In this document: positions 40,655-51,065 of the stretch, in pieces | How positions within the stretch are numbered: position 1 is the first letter of the stretch | How the letters are laid out: every line of letters begins with the position of its first letter | DNA from: Candidatus Nanoarchaeia archaeon | Lineage (GTDB): Archaea > Nanobdellota > Nanobdellia > Pacearchaeales > GW2011-AR1 | Assembly: GCA_028713045.1 (NCBI GenBank) | Contig: JAQTOY010000001.1 | Location: 1,523-65,522 of the forward strand | Reading direction: 5' to 3' | Length of the DNA stretch: 64,000 nucleotides | The notes under the pieces: generated by a model | The model's input: the letters and a program-made list of their open reading frames with translations, nothing else | Database searches by the model: none | Told to the model about the DNA's origin: nothing | Made by a program: the position numbers and the translations under genes

Positions 40655-40927
40655 ATGAGTTTTAATTTAAGAAATGGAAGAGATTATTCTTTTGATGATA
40701 CTTTGCCTAGAATTATTGGCGGAGTAATTGTAGGGGGGTTATACGGATTTTTTACTGGTTATTTTTCATTACGTTTCTGTGAGAGATTATATGAAAGATT
40801 TACTCCGGACAGAGATGAGGAATTTCTTTCAAGAAGGCAATTTTTGAGTTTAGTGGTGGGAGCTACTGCCGTAGGGGCAGTAGGTGGAGCAATTACTCAG
40901 TATTCAGGTTCTAAGAAAGCTAATTAG
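40655..40927 (+). CDS. small membrane protein with internal twin-arginine-like motif
   Basis: TM helix, LSRRQFL, second hydrophobic helix. Confidence 0.55.
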   Translation: MSFNLRNGRDYSFDDTLPRIIGGVIVGGLYGFFTGYFSLRFCERLYERFTPDRDEEFLSRRQFLSLVVGATAVGAVGGAITQYSGSKKAN

Positions 40928-40936
40928 ATTTTATTT

Positions 40937-42244
40937 CTACGGCGTTAATCTATCTCGGTCTCTTGGGAAAAGGACTGCTTCTCGGATATTGGGTAATCCC
41001 ATTATAAGCATTGTCAATCTTTCAACTCCCACTCCCCATCCTGCGTGGAAAGGAGCTCCGTATCTGAAACTGTCAATGTAATCCTTGAAATCTTTTGGAT
41101 TGAGTCCCTTTGCTTTTAATCTTTCTATTAACAAGTCTGGGAGGTGGATTCTCTGCCCTCCGGAGGATATTTCCATGCCTTTGTAAATTGCATCAAAACC
41201 TTTTGATAATTGTTCTCCATCTTTATTCTTCTTTTCACTTGGCATAATATAAAACGGCTTTCCACATAATGGCCAATCATGAACAAAAACAACCATGTCT
41301 GGAAATAATTCCCCTAATTTTTTTTCAGCTTCTGGGCTTAGATCATCTTTGCCAACATGACATTTATATTGTTTCATCATCTCTTTTACTTCTTCAAAAG
41401 TCAAATATTTTATATGTGGAACTTTTAATTCAATCTTAAACATTTCCAATTCTTTTTTATGATTTTGAATTACTGTATTAACAATGTATTGAACACATCT
41501 TCCTAGAACATCCATAACAATCTTATCATCTGAAAAAGCCATTTCAAAATCAAATTGTCTTGCTTCATTTAAATGCCTTATGGTGTTATGTTTTTCAGCC
41601 CTCCAGACAGGAAAAACGGCAAAAACTTTTTCCATTGAACATGCAAGCATTTGTTTGTATAATTGACATGATTGAGAGAGGTAAGCTTCTTTTTCAAAAT
41701 ATTTCATTTTAAATAAATTAGTCCCGCCTTCTGAACTTGCTCCAATCACAGATGGAAAAAGACATTCAAAAGCTCCTTCTTTTATCATAAAATCTCGGTA
41801 TGCCTGAATTATTGTTGACTGGACCTTAAAAATTGCTTGAGTCATCTCTCTATGAAGATCCAAAAACCGATAATCCAATCTTTTTGGTAGTTCTGTTTTT
41901 GAATAATCCGAAACATCAATTGGAAGAGGATGTTCTGCAATTGCAATCACTTCCAAATCTTTTATCAAGATTTCTTTTCCTCCTGGAGCTTGTTTAGAAT
42001 CTTTTAATTCGCCTTTTAATCTTATGACACTTTCCCTTGGAATTTTTCCTATTAATTCAAAGACTTCTGGCATTGAATCCCCTTTTACAGCCAGACTTTG
42101 TATCCTTCCAGTAATGTCCCTTAGAATAAGAAATCTTATTTTGCTCAGATCTCTGACATCATGCACCCATCCAAATAATTCTACTTCTGAATTTGCTTTC
42201 ATTGAAAAAGCATCTTTGACATAGGTTCTTTTTGATAGATCCAT
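40937..42244 (-). CDS. aspS: archaeal-type aspartyl-tRNA synthetase, probably non-discriminating
   Basis: LRD..G..Q, APGG, RLD.RFLDL, EGG, SGGQRIH, G.G.ERL, FPRD. Confidence 0.95.
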   Translation of the reverse strand: MDLSKRTYVKDAFSMKANSEVELFGWVHDVRDLSKIRFLILRDITGRIQSLAVKGDSMPEVFELIGKIPRESVIRLKGELKDSKQAPGGKEILIKDLEVIAIAEHPLPIDVSDYSKTELPKRLDYRFLDLHREMTQAIFKVQSTIIQAYRDFMIKEGAFECLFPSVIGASSEGGTNLFKMKYFEKEAYLSQSCQLYKQMLACSMEKVFAVFPVWRAEKHNTIRHLNEARQFDFEMAFSDDKIVMDVLGRCVQYIVNTVIQNHKKELEMFKIELKVPHIKYLTFEEVKEMMKQYKCHVGKDDLSPEAEKKLGELFPDMVVFVHDWPLCGKPFYIMPSEKKNKDGEQLSKGFDAIYKGMEISSGGQRIHLPDLLIERLKAKGLNPKDFKDYIDSFRYGAPFHAGWGVGVERLTMLIMGLPNIREAVLFPRDRDRLTP

Positions 42245-42288
42245 AAAAAAATTATCAATTCATGATTTAAAAATCTATTTATTTTGAT

Positions 42289-43326
42289 TTACCTCGTTGT
42301 TACTATTATTTTTCCCTCTTTTGTTTTTATGAAAGTATGTTCTGACTGGCTGACTGGTTGGCGGGATTTTTCAATTAATTGGGGGAAGTTATGTACTGCG
42401 CCTATTTGCTCTAATTCCCTTAAACCTAACCTTGCCATTGGGCCAAACTTTTCCTGCATTTCTCTTAATGAGAATGGAAGGGTTTTATATTTTTCAGCAA
42501 CATATTCGAGTATTTTTCTTGCAGTTGGGTTTCTTGGATTTTTTGGAGTTGTTATTTTGAATATGTTGCTTGACTGTCCATCAATTACCTTACCTTCACC
42601 AGTTGTTACAAAGGGTTCAATTGCATAAGCTCCATTCTCTAATTTTGTATTGTTGTTATTTCCATAATTTGGGATTGTCAAACCTGCATGAACATCATAT
42701 TGTTTTAACTCATGTCCAGATAAATTTATTATTGGGGAGAAACCTTTTTTTTCAGCAGTTTCCTTTATTATTTTTCCTATCTCATTTAAAGAAGGGTTTT
42801 TATCTAAAATTCCTAAGGCATTATCCAAAGCTTCCTCGCTTGCTTTAATTAATTCTTTATATTTTTTTTCAGGAGTTAAATCCATGGAAAAAGCAGTATC
42901 TGCTATAAATCCGTTTATTGCTATTCCAATATCAACTTTTAATAATCCCTCTGCAGTTTCATTGTCTTCCAAACTTGGATGATAATGAGCTGCTATTTCA
43001 TTTTTAGAGAGATTTACTGGAAATGCAGAAATTGCTCCATAATTTTCAATCTCCTGCCCTATTTTTTTTGCGATCTCCAAAAGGGGCATCCCCGGTTTTA
43101 TTAGATTTCTTGCAAAATCCTTTATTTTAACAGAAATTTCTCCGGCTTTTTTGTAGGATTCTTCTTCTGTTAAATTATCAATCTCCTTGTTTTTAGGATT
43201 TTTTGTTTCTGCTGATTTTTTAGAAACATTTTTATTATTAATAGATTGAACTTTGCTTTTATTTTTAATGGTTTTTCCAGAATGCTCTCTTACTCCATTG
43301 TTCCCGCCGTAGGATTTTTCTGTCAT
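42289..43326 (-). CDS. map: methionine aminopeptidase type II
   Basis: AFPVN, AAHY, KVDIG, DTA, NLSGH, AIEPF, Q.EHT. Confidence 0.95.
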   Translation of the reverse strand: MTEKSYGGNNGVREHSGKTIKNKSKVQSINNKNVSKKSAETKNPKNKEIDNLTEEESYKKAGEISVKIKDFARNLIKPGMPLLEIAKKIGQEIENYGAISAFPVNLSKNEIAAHYHPSLEDNETAEGLLKVDIGIAINGFIADTAFSMDLTPEKKYKELIKASEEALDNALGILDKNPSLNEIGKIIKETAEKKGFSPIINLSGHELKQYDVHAGLTIPNYGNNNNTKLENGAYAIEPFVTTGEGKVIDGQSSNIFKITTPKNPRNPTARKILEYVAEKYKTLPFSLREMQEKFGPMARLGLRELEQIGAVHNFPQLIEKSRQPVSQSEHTFIKTKEGKIIVTTR

Positions 43327-43377
43327 ATTCTTCTTAAATTACAAGGGTATATAAATTAATCCAAAAACGTGAGCGTT

Positions 43378-44097
43378 TTATCTTATCTCATAGACAATCA
43401 TTACATTCGCATTGATATTGACATCTCTTGGAAGGACTGTTGCTGATTCTTTGACAGCAGCGGCTCCTGCAACATCATTCATTGAATAAGTATATGGATA
43501 ATAATTAAAATTGGATTCGGATATGGATTTAACCCTTAATATTTTAGCTCCGGAACCGGTAGCCATTGCTTCTGCTTTATCTCTTGCGTTTTTAGTTGCA
43601 TCTGCAATTGCCTGAGTTTTATATTCTGCTTCTTTTTCAGGACTTAAATAAAATTCAATGTTATTAATCTGATTTGCTCCATTAGTTACACCTATATCAA
43701 CAATCTGTCCTATTTTTGAAAAATCACTTGTTTTTATCTTTAAGGTTTGTGTTGCTCTCCAGCCATTGGATTTTTCTCCGGTTTGAGTCCAAGTTTTATC
43801 TTCGTACAAGCTGATATCCTCGGTCTGGATATCTGCTTCAGTTATCCCCTTGTATCTTAAGCCATCTATTATAGCATTAGTTATCCTGTTGGCTTCATTT
43901 TGAGCATCCTGTGCATTTGGTTTTAAGATTGACACTCCAACCCAGACTCTTACCATGTCGGGTTTTTCAATTAATTCAGATGCTCCTTGAGCACTTAATG
44001 TGCTAGTATTTCCAGAATCGATAAACTGAAATCCTAAAATTGCAATGATTACAAGTGCTGCAATTGCGATTCCAATCCAGATTTTTTGCGAATTCAT
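43378..44097 (-). CDS. SIMPL (DUF541) domain protein
   Basis: N-terminal TM, G......PD, GAN.I..I.F, A...AR.KA..MA. Confidence 0.88.
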   Translation of the reverse strand: MNSQKIWIGIAIAALVIIAILGFQFIDSGNTSTLSAQGASELIEKPDMVRVWVGVSILKPNAQDAQNEANRITNAIIDGLRYKGITEADIQTEDISLYEDKTWTQTGEKSNGWRATQTLKIKTSDFSKIGQIVDIGVTNGANQINNIEFYLSPEKEAEYKTQAIADATKNARDKAEAMATGSGAKILRVKSISESNFNYYPYTYSMNDVAGAAAVKESATVLPRDVNINANVMIVYEIR

Positions 44098-44237
44098 AGT
44101 ATCTATATAAAATTAAAGTATATAAATGTTTTTTAGAGTTCAATTTGAGTTGAAGCTATAATTTTTTTAACAAAAAATTAAATGAGTATTTTATAGTATG
44201 ATAATCATTATAAATTGATTTTGTTAAAATAGTAATC

Positions 44238-44702
44238 ATGGGTGACGAAACATTAGAGCCGGTAAATAATATTTGGTGGATTCCGATAATTGTTGCAAGT
44301 GGAGTCGCTGATGATGGAGCATTAATAGGTCCCCGCCCATCTAGTTTTTTAGTTGAAGGAAATACCTCTGAACAAGCTAGTGCAACTGCAAGGACTTTTC
44401 TCGGATATATTGATAATTATGTGCCTTTAGATGCCGGTAAAAGGGCGAAGCTCAAACCTTTTAGATTAAGTTTAAGAGGAATTGCTGAAAAAGTAAGGGT
44501 TTGTGATCATCGATTTAAGAATAGAGATGGAGCATATACCTGTGGAAGACCTATTTATTCTATAAGGGGGCATAGGGACAGAGATGATGAAGGATTTAAT
44601 ATGAATGGAGAGCATGGAATGTGTTGTTTAGAAGGATTTGATCCTCCCGAGGGCTTAAATTGTCCTTATAAAACAAAAACTTTAGAAGATGATTTAGAAT
44701 AG
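44238..44702 (+). CDS. hypothetical Cys-containing protein
   Basis: 154-aa ORF with scattered Cys/His in the C-terminal half. Confidence 0.55.
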   Translation: MGDETLEPVNNIWWIPIIVASGVADDGALIGPRPSSFLVEGNTSEQASATARTFLGYIDNYVPLDAGKRAKLKPFRLSLRGIAEKVRVCDHRFKNRDGAYTCGRPIYSIRGHRDRDDEGFNMNGEHGMCCLEGFDPPEGLNCPYKTKTLEDDLE

Positions 44703-45146
44703 TCACTTCACTCTTCTTTCCTTTGGCATGTAATTTGCAATTTTTATTCCTGTTGATTTTCCACATCCAATAAATTCATTATTATATCTCAAGATTTTGA
44801 ATCCTCTTTCTGCATCAGTCTGAATTTCATTCCCCTTCAGCCAATCATCTGCCTGCTCCTTATTTAATTCTAAAATATTTTTTGTAATCTGATTTTTAAA
44901 AATTTGGATTCCATCAAAGGTCAGCCTTATTCCATCAACTTCCTGTTTTGCAAAATACAATCCAATATTTTCTATTCTTAACTCTTTGTCAAGAATGGAT
45001 AACTCTTTTTTTTCAATGCTTCCTGAAAAAATTCTTATTTTTTCCTCTCCGAATTTTATTAATTCAAATGGAATATCTGATATTCCATACTGCTTATTTA
45101 ACTGCTCTAAAATTTTCTTCTTTTCTTTAGTTTCTAAGATTTTCAT
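44703..45146 (-). CDS. RsmF C-terminal / Nip7-like PUA protein
   Basis: GLYFA....G.RL..DG, W..G, G.GK.....NY.PKERR; overlaps the methyltransferase stop. Confidence 0.75.
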   Translation of the reverse strand: MKILETKEKKKILEQLNKQYGISDIPFELIKFGEEKIRIFSGSIEKKELSILDKELRIENIGLYFAKQEVDGIRLTFDGIQIFKNQITKNILELNKEQADDWLKGNEIQTDAERGFKILRYNNEFIGCGKSTGIKIANYMPKERRVK

Positions 45147-46117
45147 AATTTTTTCTCCTTCTTTTTATCGCTCAACTTTTGTATCTTGCATAAAAAGAAA
45201 CCTTCCATATCATTGTCATGATGATAGATTCTTACAGCTTTTGACATAGACTTATCAAAGGTTTTTCCTTTCCATTCCAGTATTCCCGGTCTTGTTATCA
45301 ATGGAAGTTTTATTGGAAGGATTTCAATATCGTAATTATCTAATAAATGTTGAACTACTTCCTCATTTTCTTCAGGAGCATGAGTGCAGGTTGAGTAAAC
45401 CATCTCTCCATTGACTTTTAAAAGCTCTAAAGCAGAAGAGGCTAATTTTTTCTGTTTTTTTCCAAACCTTTCAAGCATTCCCTCGCTCCATTCCAAAAAA
45501 GTTCTTGGAGACAATCTTATGTTACCTTCTCCTGAACAAGGAGCATCAACAAGGATTTTACCAAATTTATAATCTAATCTCTTTAATCTATTGCAAAGCT
45601 CTAATCCATCATGAAGTGTAACTATTGTATTTGTAATTCCACATTTTTCTAAGTTAGAAGAAAGAATAGTTATTCTTCCAATAGATACATCGTTTGCGAT
45701 TATTGTGCCTTGATTATTCATTTTTGCAGCGGCTTGAGTTGTTTTTGAACCAGGACTTGCACATAAATCTAGGAGAGTTTCATTTGCTTTTGGATCTAAT
45801 GCAAGGATAGGCATCATGCTGGTAATCTCTTGTATATAATAATAACCCAGGATGTGCTCTTTTGTTTTTCCTAGTTCTCCAGGCTCTAATTCACTTCGAA
45901 CTTGGATTATTTCTGGATGATTTTCTATTTGTTTTAGATTCCAATTATATTTTTTTAATCTGCTTATCAATTCATTAGGAGAAATTCTTAGAGTATTAAC
46001 TCTGAAAGATTTTTTTGGTTTTGTTTTTGATACTTCAAAAAAATTTTTAACATCTTCTTCATCTTTGAGAAGAAGTTTCATCCGTTGCATGAATAAAGGT
46101 TTAGGCTCGTAATTCAT
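45143..46117 (-). CDS. RsmB/NOP2-family m5C RNA methyltransferase
   Basis: RVNTL, YIQE, DLCASPGSKTT, DAPCSGEG, YSTCT..PEENE. Confidence 0.95.
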   Translation of the reverse strand: MNYEPKPLFMQRMKLLLKDEEDVKNFFEVSKTKPKKSFRVNTLRISPNELISRLKKYNWNLKQIENHPEIIQVRSELEPGELGKTKEHILGYYYIQEITSMMPILALDPKANETLLDLCASPGSKTTQAAAKMNNQGTIIANDVSIGRITILSSNLEKCGITNTIVTLHDGLELCNRLKRLDYKFGKILVDAPCSGEGNIRLSPRTFLEWSEGMLERFGKKQKKLASSALELLKVNGEMVYSTCTHAPEENEEVVQHLLDNYDIEILPIKLPLITRPGILEWKGKTFDKSMSKAVRIYHHDNDMEGFFLCKIQKLSDKKKEKKL

Positions 46118-46245
46118 AGATAAAAAAAGAAAAAAGGTTAATTAAACCTTTTTGTTAAACCTGTTTTCAACTAATCTAATATTACTGTTGAACATATATT
46201 TTAATTTTCAGTATTGTTTATAAGTTTAGGAGATTTTTTTTATTA

Positions 46246-47523
46246 ATGGGCATGAAAATAGGGATTATTGGTGGCAGCGGGCTTGATGATCCTAAAATTT
46301 TGGAAGATTATGAGGAGAAGGAGATTGAGACTCCTTATGGCAAACCTAGTTCAAAGATTACAATTGGAAAACTTTCAGGTGTTGAAGTTTGTATCCTGGC
46401 ACGCCATGGAAAATCTCATTCAATACCTCCGTCACAGGTAAATTATAGAGCAAATATCTGGGCATTAAAAGAATTGGGATGCAAGGTAATTTTAGCGACT
46501 TCTGCAGTAGGAAGTTTAAGAGATGAAATCAAGCCTGGAAATCTTGTTTTTCCAAATCAGTTCATTGATTTTACAAAACAAAGAAAAATGAGTTTTTTTG
46601 ATGGAGAAGTGGTACATACTGCGATGGCCGAACCGTATGATAAGAAGCTAAGAGAGATTTTTTATCAAATCTGCAATGAATTAAAATTTCCATACACTAA
46701 GAATAAAACCATGGTTGTTATTGAGGGTCCGAGATTTTCAACTAAAGCAGAAAGTCATATGTTCAGGCAGATTGGATGTGATATAATCGGGATGACAGGT
46801 TGTCCAGAGGTTATATTGGCTAATGAACTGGGAATTCCCTATCAGACAATTGCGATGTCTACTGATTATGACTGCTGGAAAGAGAATGAAGAATCTGTCA
46901 CTTTTGAAATGATTTTGCAAAGAATGAAAGAAAATGCAGATAAAGTTGAACAATTATTGTTGGTTGCCATTTCAAGGATTGCAAACGCAGATTCGGATTT
47001 TATTAAGAATAAGATAAGGGCTATCCCAGATTGGCCGAAGCCAGGGATAGTTTTTAGAGACATAACCACTTTACTGAAAGATAATGAGGGTATGAATAAG
47101 GTCATTGAGATATTGTGTAATCGTTATAAAAACGAGGAGATTGAGATTATTGCCGGAATTGAGGCAAGAGGATTTATACTCGGAGGAATTCTTGCAAATA
47201 AATTAGGGAAGGGTTTTGTGCCAATTAGGAAAAAGGGAAAGCTGCCTCATGAAGTTGTACGAGAAGAATACGATTTAGAATATGGGAAAGATTCAATAGA
47301 GATTCATAAGGATGCTATTAAATATGGACAGAATGTTTTGATTATAGATGATTTGATTGCAACAGGAGGTACTGCTTTGGCTGCTTGTAATCTTGTAAAA
47401 CGATTAGGTGGAAGAATCCATGAATGCTGCTTTATTGTTGACTTGCCGGAATTAAAGGGAAGGGAAAAGCTAGAGAAGAATAATTACAAGGTTTTTTCCT
47501 TGGTTGAATTCGAAGGAGAGTAA
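46246..47523 (+). CDS. 5'-methylthioadenosine phosphorylase - adenine phosphoribosyltransferase fusion
   Basis: N-half GIIGGSG, RHG, EGPRFST.AES, TDYD; C-half [27 protein letters not shown]. Confidence 0.93.
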   Translation: MGMKIGIIGGSGLDDPKILEDYEEKEIETPYGKPSSKITIGKLSGVEVCILARHGKSHSIPPSQVNYRANIWALKELGCKVILATSAVGSLRDEIKPGNLVFPNQFIDFTKQRKMSFFDGEVVHTAMAEPYDKKLREIFYQICNELKFPYTKNKTMVVIEGPRFSTKAESHMFRQIGCDIIGMTGCPEVILANELGIPYQTIAMSTDYDCWKENEESVTFEMILQRMKENADKVEQLLLVAISRIANADSDFIKNKIRAIPDWPKPGIVFRDITTLLKDNEGMNKVIEILCNRYKNEEIEIIAGIEARGFILGGILANKLGKGFVPIRKKGKLPHEVVREEYDLEYGKDSIEIHKDAIKYGQNVLIIDDLIATGGTALAACNLVKRLGGRIHECCFIVDLPELKGREKLEKNNYKVFSLVEFEGE

Positions 47524-47531
47524 TCTTTTAT

Positions 47532-47987
47532 TTAGAATAACATCACAATCAGTAAAATAAGTATGGCAATTTGGATAAATAACCCTAGTTTCCAGTTCGC
47601 ATCTTTTTGTATCTTAGCATGAAACTTTAAATAATTCATAAAATGGCGGTTCCTTTTTAATTTTGTTGCATATCCCCATTTAGCAATATCTGGAACTATC
47701 GCAGCTATGGCTCCGATAAGCATAAGCTTGCTGTGAAACTCTTTGTATAAGAAAGTCATTAAAAAAATACATACAATCAAATCAACAACATGCACTATTG
47801 TGCTTAGTTTTCCTACAAACACCATTCCAGTCTTATGAAACAAACCTTTGTCAAAATCTCCCCCGTCCCAATGGGGAATCATGTCAATAAAAAAATGGCT
47901 TGCTATGCTTAATAATATGATGAATAATACCGAATGAAAATAGTCTCCAATCAGTCCTCCGATTAAGGTATGGATAAGCATGAACAT
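47532..47987 (-). CDS. membrane protein, putative metal-dependent hydrolase
   Basis: H...G, SHF.ID.IPHWD, PD, H. Confidence 0.65.
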   Translation of the reverse strand: MFMLIHTLIGGLIGDYFHSVLFIILLSIASHFFIDMIPHWDGGDFDKGLFHKTGMVFVGKLSTIVHVVDLIVCIFLMTFLYKEFHSKLMLIGAIAAIVPDIAKWGYATKLKRNRHFMNYLKFHAKIQKDANWKLGLFIQIAILILLIVMLF

Positions 47988-48104
47988 TTTTTATTAAAAC
48001 TCACTTTTTTATATAATCATTAATAAAAAAAGAGTTTTTAAATATATGTAGCCAGTTTAATAAAAATTCATAAAGTTTATAAATAAAATTTCTTATTTTT
48101 ATTT

Positions 48105-48701
48105 ATGAAAAAGCCGATTACCGAAGAAAAGAAATTAAAAAAAATTGAAGAAACTTTGATTCAGGTTGGTTTGAGAATCGCCAAGCGCGGGGAAGGCGCT
48201 CTTTTTGTAGTAGGAGATGCAAAATACAAGCCGTTAGTTAAACAGTCAGTCCCTCCTTTTGAGATTACAAAGAATCCAAAATTACTGGAATCTCTGGCAT
48301 TGATTGATGGGGCAGTAATAGTCGATAAAAATGGTATAATGAAAGCTTATGGAGTTATGATAAAATCTACCCGGACTTTTAAGAATTTTGGAACAAGGCA
48401 TTCTGCAGGACTAAGCGCTGCAAAAGGAGATAATCTTGTTGTTTTAATTTCAGAAGAGGATAAAAAAATAAGAATCCTTAGAAATGGAAAAATGGTAATG
48501 CAAATTGATGCATTGCAAAAAAATGTTGAGGAATCGGTTCCTTATGCAGTTGAATTACTGGAATCAATTGGTGCGGGAACAATTGGAGCAATAGGAACAA
48601 GCCTCTTACTTCCTGCTTTGGGAATTACCCTTCTTCCTGGAATAATTGTTTTTGGTTCGGCTTATTATCTTGGAAAGATGTTGACAAAAAAATGGCGATG
48701 A
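48105..48701 (+). CDS. diadenylate cyclase (DAC/DisA_N) domain protein with hydrophobic C-terminal tail
   Basis: GALFVVG, DGAVIV, GTRH.AG, ISEE. Confidence 0.85.
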   Translation: MKKPITEEKKLKKIEETLIQVGLRIAKRGEGALFVVGDAKYKPLVKQSVPPFEITKNPKLLESLALIDGAVIVDKNGIMKAYGVMIKSTRTFKNFGTRHSAGLSAAKGDNLVVLISEEDKKIRILRNGKMVMQIDALQKNVEESVPYAVELLESIGAGTIGAIGTSLLLPALGITLLPGIIVFGSAYYLGKMLTKKWR

Positions 48702-48706
48702 TTCAT

Positions 48707-48841
48707 ACAGAGTAAAAAACTACATAAGTTATGATGCAGTTAGATACTGTAGTTTTTCACTCTGTTTTTAATAGCATCTTTTATTTATTATTCATTACTA
48801 AGATGCTATTAAAAAGTCTCATAGAGTATTAAACAATACTC
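48707..48841. repeat. tandem long inverted repeats between convergent genes
   Basis: 18-bp stem with 1 mismatch (48707-24/48748-65), 15-bp perfect stem (48766-80/48800-14), 7-bp stem (48824-41). Confidence 0.85.
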
Positions 48842-48872
48842 CACCTTTAAATGTGGGTAAAATTCAAATACT

Positions 48873-49496
48873 TTATGATTTTAAATATCTGTTTTCCCAG
48901 GCTCTAGCATAATCCTCTGGAATCTTTATTTTTTCAGTTTTTTCTTTTTTAGATTTATATCCCCATAATAAAAATCCAAAAATAAAACCTATGAAAATTC
49001 CTGATAAATGTGCCATATGCGCAACATCATTTGGAAAAAATAAACCCAATATGTCTCCGAAAATCCATATTACTGCAGCAATAAACATTGGAACTATTAT
49101 TCCAAAAACCCAGACTCCCATAAATGGAGCAAGCATAGTTAAACATCCTAAAATTCCGTAAATAGCTCCGCTTGCGCCTAGACTAGAGTTGTAGAAATTG
49201 ACTGCAATCAGATTTGCCAGGACTCCAGAGGATAAAAAAACAATTAAGAAATTTCTGCTTCCAATTTTATTTTCTAGGATAAATCCGAATATTAGGAGTG
49301 CAAGCAGATTATACATTAGATGCACAATGCTCGCATGCAAAAAAATGGCGGTTAAAAATCTCCATACCTGAAATCCATATAATGCCTTGATATTCAATAT
49401 AAATAAATCTGTAAAACCCCTTATAGATAATTGCAGTAAAAAGATAATTACACATATAAAAACTAGGGTTATTGAATAATATCTGAATTTTTCCAT
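48873..49496 (-). CDS. rhomboid intramembrane serine protease
   Basis: WR..T..FLH...H...N, GASG, AH.AH..G. Confidence 0.93.
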   Translation of the reverse strand: MEKFRYYSITLVFICVIIFLLQLSIRGFTDLFILNIKALYGFQVWRFLTAIFLHASIVHLMYNLLALLIFGFILENKIGSRNFLIVFLSSGVLANLIAVNFYNSSLGASGAIYGILGCLTMLAPFMGVWVFGIIVPMFIAAVIWIFGDILGLFFPNDVAHMAHLSGIFIGFIFGFLLWGYKSKKEKTEKIKIPEDYARAWENRYLKS

Positions 49497-49500
49497 AGTC

Positions 49501-50154
49501 TCAAATCAGCAACATTATCATTATTCCAAGGCTATTAAAAATGAAACTTAATGCAGAAAAAACAAAAGGTTTTATCTTAGTGACTCCTGCCAACATCAGG
49601 ACCCCTATTTCATCTGGCAGTGGGCTCGCTATTATGACCCCTGCAAAAACATAGATAAAATAAACGCTTATTTTATGCCCTAAACTGATTTCTATTAAAC
49701 TAGAAATTTTTTTTATGAGTCTGGTTTTCTCTAGTCTCTTAAACTCGTCTTTAAATGAAAATCTAATAAATTTAAATATAAACAAATCGGAAATTAAAGC
49801 ACCAAAACCTCCTAATAATCCGGTTAAGATTGGATTTTGTGGATTTAAAATTATGAAAAATCCTATAGCAAATGGAGTGGTAAATCCAAATGAAAAAAGC
49901 ATCCCTGCCAAGAAAACTCCCAAATAACTCCAATTATTAAGATGAGAAACTAACCCGTTTACAGCCGGGTTTCTAAACATATAATAGGCGATAATTATTA
50001 GAATTATCAAGAGAGTTATTTTTGGATAATGAAAATGATGCATGAACCTAAATAATCTGTGTGAAAGTTTTTTTTCAAAAGTTATAAAACTTTTAGGTCC
50101 TTTGCCGAATCTTACAATATGTACTCTCTTTTTTGTTTCTGAATCAAGATTCAT
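49501..50154 (-). CDS. membrane protein (VTT/DedA-like)
   Basis: multiple TM helices, SPLPDE.G. Confidence 0.6.
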   Translation of the reverse strand: MNLDSETKKRVHIVRFGKGPKSFITFEKKLSHRLFRFMHHFHYPKITLLIILIIIAYYMFRNPAVNGLVSHLNNWSYLGVFLAGMLFSFGFTTPFAIGFFIILNPQNPILTGLLGGFGALISDLFIFKFIRFSFKDEFKRLEKTRLIKKISSLIEISLGHKISVYFIYVFAGVIIASPLPDEIGVLMLAGVTKIKPFVFSALSFIFNSLGIMIMLLI

Positions 50155-50206
50155 ATTAACTTTAATTAATTAATATTTATAAATATTGAGAAGAATTTTT
50201 GAGTGT

Positions 50207-50443
50207 CTAACCAGCTTTCTTTTCTTCTTTTGCAGTCTCTTTTTCTAGACTCAAATCACCAGCACTTTCAGATATTAAAACCCCTGATTTTCTAACCCAG
50301 TTGATTTTTCTTGGATCTCTTTTTAATTCTGCGTTTCTCCGGCATTTACTGGAGCAGAAGTTTATTGCTTTTCCATCAAACGTGAATACAGATAATCCTC
50401 TTGGTTCTTTGAACATTTTTTTGCAGAACGAACATGCTGGCAT
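50207..50443 (-). CDS. rpl24e: 50S ribosomal protein L24e
   Basis: CSFC...DG....FCSSKC....R.PRK..W. Confidence 0.93.
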   Translation of the reverse strand: MPACSFCKKMFKEPRGLSVFTFDGKAINFCSSKCRRNAELKRDPRKINWVRKSGVLISESAGDLSLEKETAKEEKKAG

Positions 50444-50444
50444 T

Positions 50445-50741
50445 TTAATACGCTCCTTTGGTTAATTTAGTTCTTAATCTTCTTGCTTCAATTTGTGTTT
50501 CTCTTAACATTAAAATATCTTTTTTTCTCACTGCGCCTTTTACATTTCTTCTCATTAATTTTCCTTTGTCATAACCCTGCAAAATTCTGCATTTAACTTG
50601 GGTTACTTCTCCTCTTGCGCCGGTTCTTCCTAGAATACCCTCAACGACCGCTGGCACTGCTGTCTCAGATAGAATTGATTCTGCTCCCCTTGCAGCTGAC
50701 TGCTGCTGCACTTGTTTTTTTTGCTTTCCAGACCCTCCCAT
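50445..50741 (-). CDS. rps28e: 30S ribosomal protein S28e (N-terminal extension)
   Basis: GRTG.RGEVTQV.CRIL.G...RNVKG.VR..DIL.L.ET..EAR. Confidence 0.95.
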   Translation of the reverse strand: MGGSGKQKKQVQQQSAARGAESILSETAVPAVVEGILGRTGARGEVTQVKCRILQGYDKGKLMRRNVKGAVRKKDILMLRETQIEARRLRTKLTKGAY

Positions 50742-50750
50742 TTTGGATTA

Positions 50751-51065
50751 TTACTTCTTGCTCCTTACAAAACTTTCAAGATCTTTTTCAGCATCTCCGG
50801 CATTAATCACGCAAACAGAAGCACAGGGAACTCCAATACCTACTGCAATTCCAAGTTTTTCTTTTTTGTCTGCTTCAAAACAGGGTATGTTTTTTTCTTT
50901 GCAAAGCAAAGCCAAGTGTTGGACAATTTCTTTGGGATCAACATCTGCTGCATAGGCAACTAATTTTGCAGTCCCTCTTTCAATTGCCTTTGTAACTTCG
51001 TTTGTTCCTTTTTCAATTTTTCCAGTCTTTCTTGCCTTTTCTATTATGTCATATACTGAAGCCAT
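50751..51065 (-). CDS. rpl7ae: ribosomal protein L7Ae
   Basis: KGTNEVTKAIERG.AKLV..A.DV.P.EIV.HL. Confidence 0.96.
   Translation of the reverse strand: MASVYDIIEKARKTGKIEKGTNEVTKAIERGTAKLVAYAADVDPKEIVQHLALLCKEKNIPCFEADKKEKLGIAVGIGVPCASVCVINAGDAEKDLESFVRSKK

Noticed and set aside
42289..43326. Lys/Asn-rich N-terminal extension on Map (and on S28e and aIF1A)
   Set aside because: Low-complexity tails are common and show no domain signal
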